DNA of 64,000 nt. Origin: Lingula anatina. Lineage: Eukaryota > Animalia > Brachiopoda. Where the stretch lies: NCBI GenBank assembly GCA_051362555.1, contig CM120645.1:14632001-14696000 (forward strand). The letters are read 5' to 3'. The notes below the pieces were generated by a model. The model was given only the letters and a program-made list of their open reading frames with translations, did no database searches and was not told where the DNA came from. Positions 26,015 through 40,054 of this stretch are shown here, in pieces; position 1 is the stretch's first letter, and each line of letters opens with the position of its first letter. The position numbers and the translations under genes are program-made.

Positions 26015-28459
26015 TTAATCATGACAACCTGAAAAAGGCAAATCGATATTTTGAGCCCTTAGGTTTTATGTGAATCTTGCAGCACACCATGGTATAAGAC
26101 TAAATGAATTGCAATACATATACATACTTCAGAAACACAAGCATACAGGAATGGTATATAAATAAAAAAGGAAACGTTATTCATATGTTTTGTTTTAAAT
26201 GCAAAACCCCGGTCGGAGTGTCCACCCTTAAGTTCTGGTAGCGTCTCGAATTTTTAACTGCTAACCTAAAAGCATTTACATATAGATATAAATTGGCATG
26301 GAAGTATGAGAACATTATTAAACTGGAATTTTAGAACTCTTCAAGATGTGCGCACGATGGCTTTATGGGGAAATGGACATACGAATTTAAAGTGAAAATA
26401 TACTTGGGGTTTTGTTACTGCTTACGAAGTTGCTGCAGGAGCCTGAGAAACTCCACGTCTAAATTCCAATGCCTCATTCTAAATGTGTCCAAAACACCAC
26501 TTACCGCTCGGTATCATGTACAGTTGGTTGGCCCATGGCCCACCTTCTCCGTCTGATTGACAATTGGTAGAAGGCCCGTATTTCATATATGTTTCCTCGG
26601 CGGTACAAGAGGAGCCACACCATCCACTTTTCTGCACGACAAAATACTTGTATCCGCGACTCTTTGCAGCTTGGTAGCATTTGTCGATTGGGTACACTCT
26701 TGTCTCGTAAGGACCGTCGAGGATGGGATCCTGACCTTCTAACGTGGGAACTGCCCTGTCTGCCTTGTCAGCCCAGCAACCCAATTTTATATAACCTGTA
26801 AAGATACAAGCTGCGCTCGGAAAATTGCCTCAATTGTCATGGCAGTCGAGCACCCCAATTTCATATAATCTGTAAGAATTCAAGTTTTGCTTAGAATGCG
26901 TTAACATCATTGGAAAACTCGGGTTCACGTGCGTGATTACTTTCCCCGTTAACAATTCTTAGGTTATGCTGTCAACCATGGTGACTGGCTTATACTGCCC
27001 TATGTATTTACAATTATGGAATGTGAAAACTCCATTCATCGTGTGTTTATCTCGGGTCAATTTCGTAACAATGTGATACCTGCACGAACAAGATTTTTTG
27101 AGGAGATTTCTGCCCTTTCTAAGTCACACTAAGGTATGTCCTACCCCAAACTGCAGATAAAATTTCTCACTCAGTAGGCAAATTATGCTGTTTCAACGTT
27201 GAAACAATGTTGAACTTCAACGTTGACAACGTTGTCCAACCCGTTTTCAACGTTGGTCCATTGGCCATTGATCTATGTCACTATGTCTGCTGGGTTAATT
27301 TATTGATATAAATAAAAACGTTTTTGGGTTCACTCTATTGATTTCTAATTATGACCATCACGAATTAAATCCTATCTTTTTGAACAGGTTCTGAACAACA
27401 GGTCATCAGATGACACTTTCGGTAACAGTTTTGGAAATGGAAACTTAATTGCCAGGACTGGTAGATTTTTACGTAAATGAGAAAAAGAGAAACAGAACTG
27501 AAAGTACGTGATATTATACCCCCAGGAATACATCATAATAATTATGATGTATTCCTGGGGGTATACTTTTTAGCATTTCGGGACGTTTGGTTACTGGAAG
27601 GGAAAATCATTAAATTGTCCGAAATATTTAATTGTCTGCTACTTGTCCATTTCCAGAATACGTTAACTTGACCCTTTCTGATGGTTCTGTTTCCCAAATT
27701 TGGAAAGAGATCAAAGTTGATTTTTGCTAAGATACCTGGTTTCTTTTAAACAGTTGAAACTGTTACTGTCAATTCCCAATTTCCTATGATAAATGTGCAG
27801 AGCCACCGCCACTTACTGCTTGTTATCATATACAGTTGGTTGGCCCAAGGTCCACCTTCTCCGTCAGATTGGCAATTAGTTGAAGGTCCGTGTTTCATAT
27901 ATGTTTCCTCGGCGTTACAAGAAGAGCCACACCATCCACCATTCTGTACGACGAAGTATTTGTACCCGCGACTCTTTGCAGCTAGGAAGCATTTCTTGAT
28001 TGGGTTCACTCTTGTCTCGTACTGTCCGTCAAGGAGGGGATCCTGGCCTTCTAAAGTGGGAACTGCCCTGTCTGCCGTGTCAGCCCAGCAACCCAATTTT
28101 ATATGATCTGTAAAAATACAATCTGCGCTCAGAACACGTCTAAAACAATTCGGACCACGGTTACACTCCCTGTTTAAAATATTTGTGTTAAGCTGTCTAG
28201 GGCGTAGGCAGATTTATGAAAATGACGTTTTACAGTGCAGACCCCCACCGTACCTATCTGGGTACTGGTAGCTGGAGAAAAAACGTCATCTTAACAGTGT
28301 CTCGTTTCAAATACATATCAGAAGGGAATACAATGTAAATAGGTACAATTGAACTTTTTTTCCTTTTTAGCATTCAGGTTGTTGCTTACTGCAACATGAA
28401 TCCGCTACGGCGACCATCATGGCTATGGTCAGAATAAAACCAACAGAGTAACTCGGCAT
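26015..28459 (-). CDS. Secreted protein with two WSC-like domains, paralogue A, 221 aa; exons 28459-28390, 28107-27817, 26795-26505, 26028-26015
   Basis: Signal peptide MPSYSVGFILTIAMMVAVADS. Two 291-bp phase-1/1 exons encode LGCWAD...KC...VQNGGWCGSS...YG.S..C...G.GG.WAN.LY. Canonical GT-AG junctions are all in frame, ending GCHD*. Probable 5'UTR exon donor at 30948. Confidence 0.85.
27168..27295. mobile_element. Small palindromic (CAACGTTG-rich) MITE remnant in an intron of WSC gene A
   Basis: Repeated CAACGTTG and a ...TGCTGGG terminus; absent from the matching intron of paralogue B (~33170). Confidence 0.6.
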
Positions 28460-30843
28460 GGTGTACTGCAAACTGGCAAAAGACTTGATGTGGTCCAAAG
28501 TGTTCCTGCAAAATAGAGAAAAAATATGACGATCACAGAGGACTACCTACTAGTATATATACACAAACTGGCACATATACTGTATTACCCATACAAAAAT
28601 TAGACTCTGTGATACTCTAAAGGACAGCCAATCGGACTCAATCAATATGAATGCTATCAGACCTTTATGGGGGTCCTTTGGGGAAAATGTCCTATAGTTA
28701 ATTCTATATGGGGCACCGTAGTGCTGTTAAAAAGCTATAGTCTGGATAGAAAAATATTCCTTTGGACATATCTATGAGAAGGCTACAACGAACATTCTAC
28801 AAGACTCATTTTAGAAATCCTATCTGTATGGCTTTTGGTTTTTTCATTAGGAATAAAGCACACATGTAACTTAATGTAAATTTTATGGATGGTTATAAGA
28901 ACATGGCAGCAGAACTGCCAAATGTACAGACAAAAACAGGTAATGATGCACAAAATAGATTCTTTTGTCAGTTGTGATGCAAGTAATGCCTTACAGCAAA
29001 GTCAACATCAAATTGAAATTTGTATAGTTTTAATGATGTATCATAGATAAAATGGATATCCAGCTAATATAGGGTTCATGGACACGGGTACTGAAAACGC
29101 AATTTCGTGAGAATTTTGATTTAACAAATATGCCTTATTTCTTTGAAAAAAAAATCAAATTAAGTTAGCTCTCCAACAATAGCTGTATTTTAGACTTAAA
29201 ACAATTCTTGTAAGTTTTAGTACCACAGTTTCATATATACTGTTATTACGTCATCGCACATTTTTTCAATATTTATATAATATTGCATAATGCTTGACTG
29301 CACAAACACCAACAGTATTTAACTTTTTTTTTACGTGTAGCAGAAATCATAGGATCTTGCATGTTTGTGCACACTGATATTTCTTTTATGTACCTAATAC
29401 TACAATGTAACTTTTCCATGGGTAACGTAGGTATCGTTGATTTTTTCAGACCTAATCTTATGTGAAAACATGTTTTGGAACCACGCTTGATACACACGGT
29501 ATATACTTTTTATCCGGATGCATAGTTTGATAAAAACTAAATGCTATGTATTTGTATGTAATTTTGATTATTGTTGTGCTTTATTTTTAAGGGCCTAATC
29601 TTTAACTTCGAGTAAGGTATACGTATCTTTTATTTGGTGCCACATGTTGTTAGAAGATGAACTGAGCAAACTGTTGCAGTTGTATGTTTTTAAAATTATG
29701 ACGCAGACCTCTATAAATATAAGCATGCTGCAACCACAACATGAACGTTATGGCAATGGTATAAACTAAATTGGTGTCAGTAATGTATGTATCGTTTTGG
29801 GACATAAGATAATAATTTCTACTGCATATTGCCAGAAGAACTAAATAACGTGCACATGCATAACCATATGGATACTGGATATTTTTATCACTCAATTACA
29901 TACTTTTTTGATGAATCAAGTTAATAAAATTTTAATCAGCACTCAAAAATAACAATGTATGTATTGATTTTGGAAGATTAGATTATAATTGCTGCCCAAA
30001 GAACTAAATAACGGCCATATAACCATATGTGATGTGCACACAATCATTTTACCGGATAAAAATTTTGGCCATGGATACGAATTTTAATTTGTATATAACT
30101 TTTTTTGGAAAAGAATGAATATCATTTTACTTCTAAACACTGCCTTTGGAACAGTCCGTACAAGAAACCCTGTGGAATACCCTTTTGAAAGTTCGCAAAG
30201 GAACTAAATAACTTGTTTCGGCATAAGGCATGGAATGTAATCAAACAAATATTACACCTTTTTAATCTTGTTCAGCGGCTTGATAACTGAGTTCAACCAT
30301 TCTGATTAGAACCAATTTTTTTTTACAAATTATTACAAATTTTTCAAATTACAAATTTTACACATTTTTACAGAGTATTTTCTGATGTTCATATATAGGT
30401 ATGGGACAATAAAAAAAACTTGCAAAAGTGAGAATAATCTTTGGGGACATTTTAATTTGACGAAGAAATGCGACGCTAATGATGAGCCCGTGATTCTAAA
30501 GTAATGGCGCAATGGCAATACCAGGTTTAATGCAGGTTCTTCTGGCAACAATATTGATGATGATAAGATGAGTTCGGGCATCAGTGGGACGGATTAGACC
30601 CGTGGACTTGTCAGGAGGGGCACTTTCAGCCACAGCTTTCCTCTGGAGTAGTTTAAATTAGTTCGACTTGAAACGCCAAACCATCTGGCAAAGTCGGTTT
30701 TCTCGTACGTAAGTATTGCAAAAAAAAAAAACAAAAAAAACAAAAAAAAAAAAAAAAACACATAAACCGTGATGTACTGGAGAGTGCAGAATCAGATAAT
30801 CCTCAGTAATTTTTGCAAAGGTGAAGCAAAAAAAAAAAATACA

Positions 30844-30898
<55 letters not shown>

Positions 30899-30918
30899 AA
30901 CAAACAAACAAACAAAAA
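30844..30918. repeat. (AAAT)n/(AAAC)n microsatellite
   Basis: Directly visible. Confidence 0.95.
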
Positions 30919-32156
30919 ACATAGATTGGCCAACGGCATCAGACTTACCTTAATAAAGGTGAATGATTTTCAGTATGTTTGCACTGCAGTTCTTTTGGGC
31001 TTTACAACATCATATTGAGTTACAGGTGCTTATATTACTCTAGTTTTGGGATTGCTGAAAAACGTGATTGAAGATGTTTCATGATTTGTCATATGGATAA
31101 TTGCTCCTAAATGGAATTAAAATGGTAAAAAATGTTGATCAAGGCATGCGACCACATCGTCAATGTCTGAAAAAACAAGATTTATACATGTATTTGAAAA
31201 ACAAAACTCATTTTTGGCACTTAATTTTTATTGCGTTGTCCCGTGTAATTACCTCAAAAATGCATTAGCAACTCAAATTTAGTCCTTTATTCAATACACT
31301 ACATGTTTATAATTACATCCACGTTCATTACACGCTCTGTCTCTCGCCATTTAAACTTTTTCAGCTTTGAACAATTCTTATGCGTGTTGTATGCATTAAA
31401 ACCAATAGCACATGGAAGTCTGTGTGAGTAAAAGTAGCCTTATAACATGAAACAAATCCGCCCTCTTGTGATGCATGTTTTTCAGCATCAAGGAAATACC
31501 CGAGTATAATTTCAAGTAATTTGAATTGAAATTGAAAGCAACATGAAACAAATAATAGCAACATATTAAAAGCCAACAAGGGTGTAACTTTTATTTCACA
31601 AAGCAGGCAAAATACCTACCTCTCATCTTTAATATTTAGACACTCGATGGATAAAGCCATATCTTATAACAACGATATTAAATTGACCAGCTGGGTTGGT
31701 ATTATGTGTTTTTTGAATTCCAGCGGGATAAAGGCCAGTTTATTGACAAGTTTCTAAAACTGCGAAATTTTACTAGAACAACAGCTGCTAAATTATACAA
31801 GGCCATCAAGCGCTTTAAAGAGACATTATAAGCTATAACATTTACAAGAAATGCATATTTAAGTAACACAAACAAGTTTAATGCCGACATCTTCCAGCAC
31901 ATCGTATATGCATTTTCACCAGCTGCTTATAAGGGGCATTGTCAATAATACCATTTACAAGAAATGCACATTTAAGTAACTTGTTATATATTTATACCCA
32001 GTTGACATAAATGCAACATCCCATTAATTGTATTCAGCAATGGTAGTCCTCAAAGTTCTCGGTTGTAGTAAGTTGTCAGTATGTAAATTTGCCGAAACCC
32101 GCCCCCTCGTCACAGCAAGGCATGGATGTCAAACAGTATGGATTCCAGCTGAGACG

Positions 32157-34725
32157 TTAATCATGACAACCTGAAAAAGGAAAATCGATATTGTGAGTCC
32201 GCAGTTTTTGTGTGCATCTTGCAGCACACCATGGTATAAGACCAAACACATTACAAGACATATACTTCTGAAATTCAAGGATACAGGCACCATCCCATAA
32301 CTGACATACAAATAAAAAAGGAAACGTTATTTATATGTTTTGTTCGAAATGCAAAACCCCGATCGGAGTGTCCACCCTTAAGTTCTAGTAGCGTCTCGAA
32401 TTTTAACTGCTAATCCAAAAGCATTTACATAATGGTATAAATTTGCAATGCGTTATAAGAAAATAATTAAACAGCAATTTTAGGAATTTCTTCAAGATGT
32501 GCGCGCGTTGGAAAAAATGAACATAAGGATTAAAAGTGAAAAGAAACCTTCGAAGAAAGTTATTACTGCTCGCAAAGTTGCTGTAGGAGCCAGAGAAACC
32601 CCACGTCTAATCTAAATGTGTCCAAAACACCACTTACCGCTCGGTATCATGTACAATTGGTTGGCCCACGGTCCACCTTCTCCATCCGATTGGCAATTGG
32701 TAGAAGGCCCGTATTTCATATATGTTTCCTCGGCGGTACAAGAGGAGCCACACCATCCACCGTTCTGCACGACAAAATACTTGTATCCGCGATTCATTGC
32801 AGCTTGGCAGCATTTCTCGATAGGATCCTCTCTTGTCACATAATTTCCGTCGAGGATGGGATCTGTACCCTCTAAAGTGGGAACTGCCCTGTCTGCCTTG
32901 TCAGCCCAGCAACCCAATTTTATATGTCCTGTAAAGATAAAAACTGCGCTCAGAACATGTCTAAATCAATAGAAATCTTGGACCACTTGCGGAATTACAC
33001 TCACTTTCTAGTGACTAAGATTAGAGACGAATTTGAAACTTCATTTATCGTGAGTTTATCTTGGGTCAATTATGTGACAATGTGATGCCTGCATGAAAAA
33101 AGAACATTTTCCGTAGGTTTCAGCCATTTTTAATCACACTAAGGTATTTCCTATCTAAAACTGCAAATGAATTTATTGTGTTGCGAAATCACCTTTCCTA
33201 TTCTCATTCTCATACTCAAGACAGTGTATAAATTGTCTGGAACTTTGAAGAGAAACTGAACAACTGGTCTTCTTTCGGCAACAGATTTGAATATGGGATG
33301 CTTTTGTGATAGAAGTAAATTATATGTTTGCTTTATAAATACCTAAACGTTTCTTTAAATAAATTACCAGAAACTGACAGGTTTATAGTAAATGAGAAAA
33401 GTAGAGAACTGCGTGATATATTGATATATTCCACGGTGTATATCACCTGAACTCATCATTTTTAACATTTCAGGATATTGCATGGTTACTGGAGGGGGAA
33501 AGTATTGGATTGTCCGAAATAGTTGTCTGCTACTTGCCCAATTTTCTGTATCATTTTTGTCATTTCCAGCACACGCTAACTTGACCCTTACCGATGGATC
33601 TGTTATTTAAATTTGGAAATAGATCAAAGTTTGTACCAATCCTGATTTTGTAACACTTTAAGATATAGATAAAATATATGCAGGCTTTATCCAATGTTTT
33701 GTTTTTTTATTGTTTTTAATTTCAAAATACCAAAACAGCTAGGATACCGGGCTTCTTTCAAACAGTTGAAACTGTTGGTTTCAATTGCCAATACCTTCCC
33801 AAGACAACTTCTTTTTAGTTCCTATTCTAAATGGGCCGAAACACCACTTACTGCACGGTATCATGTACAATTGGTTGGCCCACGGTCCACCTTCTCCATC
33901 CGATTGGCAATTGGTAGAAGGCCCGTATTTCATATATGTTTCCTCGGCGGTACAAGAGGAGCCACACCATCCACCGTTCTGCACGACAAAATACTTGTAC
34001 CCGCGATTCATTGCAGCTTGGCAGCATTTCTCGATAGGATCCTCTCTTGTCACATAATTTCCGTCGAGGATGGGATCTTGACCTTCTAAAGTGGGAACTG
34101 CCCTGTCTGCCGTGTCAGCCCAGCAACCCAATTTTATATGATCTGTAAAGATACAAGCTGTGCTTAGAAATCGTCTAATTCAGTGGGAGTTTTGAATCAC
34201 AATTACTCTCCTGTAAACAATGCTCTGGTTAGGCTGTCAAACACCCCATTTCCATAGATTTTTAGATTGATCTATCCCTGTCTAACTAGATTACTGTCAG
34301 CTTGGCCGGGTTAAGCGTCTGTCCCGCCTACTAAAAGCTGTAAGGGGGTAATTAACTATGGTGCCCGCTCGGCTGACTGCAATTTAGCGTGAACCCCCAG
34401 GGAGTTAGGTCGATCTAAAACTTAATCTTTAGATCGATCTTAATCTCTGGGAAAGCGCCCAAAGGCACAGACTATTAATTTATGAAAATGGCATGTCTTA
34501 CAATGGAAACACCCCACCGTGCCTATGTAGCCACTAGTAGCTGAAAAAAAAAAAAAACATCTTAAAAGTGTTTCTTTTCAATTACATGCCAAAAGCGAAT
34601 TTAATGTAAATAAGATTAATTTAAACTCTATTCTTTTTGATCATTTCAGGATCTTGCTTACCGGTACTAGAATCCGCTCCGGCGACCATCATGGTCAGAA
34701 TAAAACCAACATAGTAACTCTGCAT
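32157..34725 (-). CDS. Secreted protein with two WSC-like domains, paralogue B, 219 aa; exons 34725-34662, 34142-33852, 32928-32638, 32170-32157
   Basis: Signal peptide MQSYYVGFILTMMVAGADS. Same exon structure and phases as paralogue A, ending GCHD*. Probable 5'UTR donor at 35856. Confidence 0.85.
34241..34460. mobile_element. Probable MITE in intron 1 of WSC gene B
   Basis: Imperfect inverted ends (TTTCCATAGATTTTTAGATTGATCTA / TAGATCGATCTTAATCTCTGGGAAA); absent from paralogue A (~28200). Confidence 0.55.
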
Positions 34726-36301
34726 GGTGAACAGCAAACTGGCAGAGCTGGAGAAGAGACTTGATAATTAGTACAACAGTTCCTTATACTGTTACTACTT
34801 GGGTACGATTTCGGATATTTTTTCAATATTTATATATTATTACATAATGCCTGAATAATCGCCAACAATATTTAATTTTTTTCTACATGTAGCATGGTTA
34901 TTCAGAAAATGTAACTGGAAAACAGTTCCAGCCAATATGTAAAAAAGGAAAATTCAAAAAGAGTCTCATGTTCTTAGTTTGGCGGGGAAAAGCAACGCAA
35001 ATGATAAGCCTGTGATTGTAAAGTAATGACGCAACGGCAATGGCAAATTTAGCGCAGGTTTTTCTGGCAAAAATATTGATGACGATAAGATTAGTTCGGG
35101 CGCCAGTGGCACGGAGTCGACCTGTGGATTTGTCAGGAGGTGCACTTTTGGTCACAGCTCTCCTCTTTAGCAGTTTAAAAGTTCACTTTGAAGCGCCAAC
35201 CCCCCCTAGCAAAGTCGGGTTTCTTGAGGCCTATAACATGAAATGAAGCTATCTAATCCCTAAGACCTATGTCAGTCGGTCCTGGCATGGCTTCAGCTAT
35301 ATAGCTTGGTGGAGGTCAGATCTCATTTGCCCCAGATATTCTAGGGCATGACAACCATTTTAGCAACCCTGTATTTCTTGACAATATTATCGTGAACTGC
35401 TATGAAAACCTTTGCTCAATTAGAACATCAAGTTACATTATCTATATATGATCAAGACCTTATCAAACTTTAATGTTTTACCTCCTCAAAAAGCGATGTA
35501 TGAGAGAGGGAGAGATAGTGGTATGTTGAGGTCATGTGCGTAGCATAAAACCTAATGATAAGAAGTGACATTGCTATTCATATTGTATCGACTATAATTG
35601 AATCAAATCAGCATGTTGGTCATTCTTGTTGTTTAATTGATTAAATAAAAGCATTTAGCCTTTAAAAGCATTTATGAAGTCTTTAAATGAAGTCCTTAAT
35701 GTGCCCTATTACAAGATGTACGTAAGAATTGCCAAGAACCCCACCACATAAACCATGATGTACTGGAGAATGTAGAATCAGAGATTACTCGGTAATTTTT
35801 GCAAAGCTGAAGCAATTTCAGAAATAAAAAAGATTGGTCAACGGTATGCGACTTACCTTACTAAAGGTAAAGGATTTTCAGTATGTGCGCACTGCGGTTC
35901 TATTGAACTTTACAATATCACATTAAGTTGCCTACTGTATGTGACTCGAGTTTTGGGATTGCATGCAAATGCGATTGAATTCATATCATGATTTGTGTAA
36001 TGGATATTTCCTCCTAAATGGATTTAAAATTGTTTGAAAGGCTGCTCAAGGTATGTGACAACATCGTTAATGTCTGAATAAAACAAGATATACTTGCACT
36101 GAATTTTGATTGCATTGTCACCTGTATTACCTCAAATGTACATTAGCAACTCAAATTGAGTCTTTTATTAAAACAATATATGTTTATAATTACGACAACG
36201 TGTTCATTACACGCTCTGCCTCACGCCATTAAAACTTCTTCGGCTAAACAATTCTTACGTTTAAAACATTTCTGCCTATCCTTTTCTTACAATCGTATGT
36301 A

Positions 36302-36536
36302 GGGGAGACCGGGGCTAGTTGGACCCCGGGGTAAGGCCCCCCCATCAAGTCTTTTTAATAAAGTTACTTTAAGATACTGAATTATTTCATTTGGACTCAC
36401 TGCCGACGCTTTCTTAGCACTATTGGATACGGATACTTTACGAAGTGATGTGATCAATTCTTTTACCCCATAGTTACTTTGTCATAAATTGTTGGGGGTC
36501 CAACTTACCCCGGGTCCAACTAGCCCCGGCCTCCCC
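36302..36536. mobile_element. MITE with TA flanks (Tc1/mariner-pogo-like)
   Basis: TIRs GGGGAGACCGGGGCTAGTTGGACCC / GGGTCCAACTAGCCCCGGCCTCCCC, with TA on both sides. Confidence 0.85.
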
Positions 36537-37672
36537 TACCTCTTGTAACATTCAGTATTATGTACGTTTTATTTTCATTAGTTTAGGCTTTTTCCTTGTA
36601 TTTGCATTATGTTTTCATTAAATCTAGATTTTACGTTATATTTGTGTTGTATACATTTTAATTAAAAAAAAAAAACAATAGCACATGGAAATCTGAGTGA
36701 AATGGAACCTTATAACTTGGGAAAAAAATCACAAGTCTATTGCTCTGCTCGTTGTTGAGTTTATAGTCACAATTTTTGGTGAATTTTGTATCAGTTTATT
36801 ATTATCATCATTATTATTATTATTATTATCATTTTTATTGTTATTATTGTTGTTGTTTTTGTTGTAGATGTAATTGTTATTGTTGTTGTTATGTAGATTG
36901 ACAATAGACCCAGTGCCAGCTGATTTGATTTTCATAGGTATTACATTATGGTTGGCGATGTTAGAATTTTGAGATATCATTTCAGAAAGACGTCTACGAA
37001 TTCGAAGATAGAATACGTGAAGACAGAGTACATGAATGAAAGAAAGTGTTAGACACAAAGCCCATTAGTATTCTGTTGGTGTAACAAAGGGCTTTGTTTA
37101 TAATCACTATACTTGTACTTACCTTAAGCTATACTTAGTCGATACTCTCAAGACTGGTTGATTGTGGTTGGTTTTTAATGCTCTTTATTTCCAAAAACAA
37201 ACTTAAATACTGGAACAATTAAAACGAAATAAGTAACAGAAACAAAAATATAACGAATAATCTAGTTTTAATGAAAACACAATGCAAGTAAGTCGTAAAT
37301 AATACTGAAAGGCACACGAAGTACATACAATAGTGAGTAATGCAAAGTTTAACATGGTTGAGAGCAATAAATACCTTGTTCTCCGACCAAGCGAGCTATC
37401 GTAAGAGATCCCGTTATCGTTACTGGTACGTTGCCGAGTGTAAAAGTAGAGAGATAGAGAAAAGTGAGGAAGAGCACTGGTGTATTGTTAGTTGTGGCAG
37501 AGGCATGGGACGGTGCGGTTAGTTCTGTGCTTAATACGTTCTTATTCAAATACAGCGAGAGAGAGGAGAGAGAGAGAGAGGAGGAGGAAGAGAGGAGGAA
37601 GTTTACTACATGTAAAAATCAACAACAAAAAAAAAAAATAATAATAACAATAATGCAAAATTGAAAGAAGAG

Positions 37673-37674
<2 letters not shown>

Positions 37675-37723
<49 letters not shown>
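37675..37723. repeat. (TA)n microsatellite
   Basis: Directly visible. Confidence 0.95.
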
Positions 37724-37726
<3 letters not shown>

Positions 37727-37899
37727 GACGGTTAAAATATCCCTTTTGTAATAATCTAATGCTAACATGAATGCTAACATTAATTGTTTACAGCACATCG
37801 ACTTTGATATTAGACTGCTTCAACAACCTTATTTTCTAGAAGCAAAAATATCATTGACGTCTGATGCACCTGATCCCAGTATCGCTCACATGTCATGTC

Positions 37900-38520
37900 C
37901 ATGTTTCGAATGCTGTTTGAATGCCGTGAGAATATTTAGAATGCAGTCATAGTGCAGTTAGAATACTGTTCAAATGCCATTCGATAATTTTCCACTTGAA
38001 ATGAGCAAAACATTCGAGCCGGCCACAAGAATGGGTAAAAATATTTGGAATACACTCAGAATTTTTAGAATGTTCTTCGAATATCCTGGAATGCACAAAG
38101 AATTGTATTTCAGACGCCATTCTTAATTATTCCGCCTCTAGTGTGACGGGGGTATAAAATCCCGCCAGAATGTTTCGAATGAGCCTCGGATGTGCTGAAA
38201 TTTTAATTTTGCCAGCAATCGAACTACACTAGTACGCCATTCAAAGTATATTCTAAATATTCTTACTGCCTTCTGACAGTATTATAAATATTCCTAGTTT
38301 TCCCACTACATTCGAACTGCTTTTGAGAGCTAATATAGCCGAAAGTGCACCAATCATTCCAGGCGAATTCAAGCGCATTCTGAGTATTCCAACGGTACTC
38401 TTACAATAATTAAGGTCAATTTGAACTTTTTCCTCGAATGTGGTGCGAATTTTAAAAATTCTTCGTTCAGGCTAATTCTTCTTGATTCTTGCTGATTCCG
38501 AATAAGTGTGACGGGGGTAT
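37900..38520. mobile_element. GAAT/ATTC-rich non-autonomous transposon remnants
   Basis: Terminus-like GTGTGACGGGGGTAT occurs twice (~38141 and ~38506). A GAAT-rich half is followed by an ATTC-rich half. Confidence 0.5.
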
Positions 38521-40054
38521 TAATGTAATACAGTATTAATGTAAACTAGCACACATCCATCAATCTTCATGTCTGTATCAGGCACATCAAGCACAATCGC
38601 TGCACAGGCCGGTGAGACACCTGACGCAATACGGTCCTTTTGGTCGGAGAAACCACTAATTATCCGTATTTGGAAAATATGTCAGAAGTTAGAACAATTG
38701 TTAGATATCAAATTAAGCTTTTAGGCCTTACTCTAATCTTTATTTACTTTACAAATGTTGGTTTTAAAAGTACTACAGTTTTGTTTGTGCGTAAGGAATA
38801 AATATAAAATTTCCAGTCAATTGACCTTTAAAAAGCGTTTCTGGTTTCTGAATATCTAAAGTTTTATTATAATCACTCCTTTACAAAACCGTCATTTACA
38901 GAATAATAGAGTATGTATGGAATTTATGGATATTTTTGTTTAAATGAAGAGGAAAGCAGGGAATCCAATGTTCTAAAAATCATAATAACTGTGATTTTCT
39001 ACTTTTAACCTTTAGGGATTTGAGTTGGTATTGTTTCGCTGGAGGTCTCGCGAACAGTGGAAGACATGGACGTGAAATTATCCAGAAATGGGGCCCACTG
39101 TCTGATACACACGGTGTCGCCTTCCTGTTCAATTCTGATTGTTTTCTCCATTATAGATTGCCTGCGTCATTGTAACTGGTGCATGTAAGTGAATGAGAAC
39201 AAACATCAGTAGGTGGCGCTGGCTTCAATTAAATTGGAGGCAGCTGAAAATGATACTCCCCACGCATGCGTCGTGGTCGAGGAAGAGGATATCCTGGTGC
39301 CGATTGTCACCGAATACTTGAGCTCACCCTTGTGCACGTTCAAGGTCAACAAACAGGTGGTTTTGTTTCAAACTCCGGAAACGTTGAGAATTGCAACGAT
39401 CTTCATGAAGGACAGTTTGCAGCCTCCTCACAATCATTTTACTGTTATACCAAGCAACTCTATGTTTTTAGATTTTATGGGTAGCAGACGATTTTTATGT
39501 ACTTGCAGCTTTTATCCTTCAGCTGTTTCCCTTTTTCATACAAATAACCTGTACCTTATTCTTACTACTTTAGAAAGTTTAGTTAACACAACAAAGTCTT
39601 TACAGGGCAATTTGTTCCCGAAATTGTATATTTTATGTAGGCCTATCTGTCGATACATAAATATATCTTTATCTTAAGATTAGTGAAAAATTCCTTGGTT
39701 ACATATGGAGGCTTGTACTTCTACATCCGTGTGACCTGACACCTTTTAGGTTTTGTTACTCATACTCAAATCGGATTTTCCCATTTGCAAGTGATATTTT
39801 TACTCTTTAAAGCAAAAGAGGTCCTCATACATGTAACACTGCCATGCAGTATCGAGCAGTGTCAATTACCTGGAATCCAACTCAGACGCCGATATCCAGT
39901 AAAGTCACTTATTCCTGCATTGCCCTTCACATAGATTACATACAGTATCCCTTCTCTAGAGAATCTGTACGAGTCTTGGTACGGAAAAGCAACTAAATTT
40001 GTTAAACTTTATTGAGGTTGAAGTTATACATATGTTTATATGATTCATAATTCA

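Larger units (their letters stand above)
25130..36260. repeat. Tandem duplication of the WSC gene unit (~25130-31380 and ~31440-36260)
   Basis: Introns, 3' flank and 5' flank align between copies, e.g. AATAGCAACATATTAAAAGCCAACAAGGGTG at ~25254 and ~31554. Confidence 0.85.

Noticed and set aside
16523-37058. ORFs with YIYI, CVCV or poly-N runs
   Set aside because: They are translations of microsatellites.
39213-39677. 154-aa ORF and its 149-aa copy at 54475-54924 as intact genes
   Set aside because: In-frame upstream stops, an AT-rich non-protein-like 3' half, and conservation explained by recent duplication.
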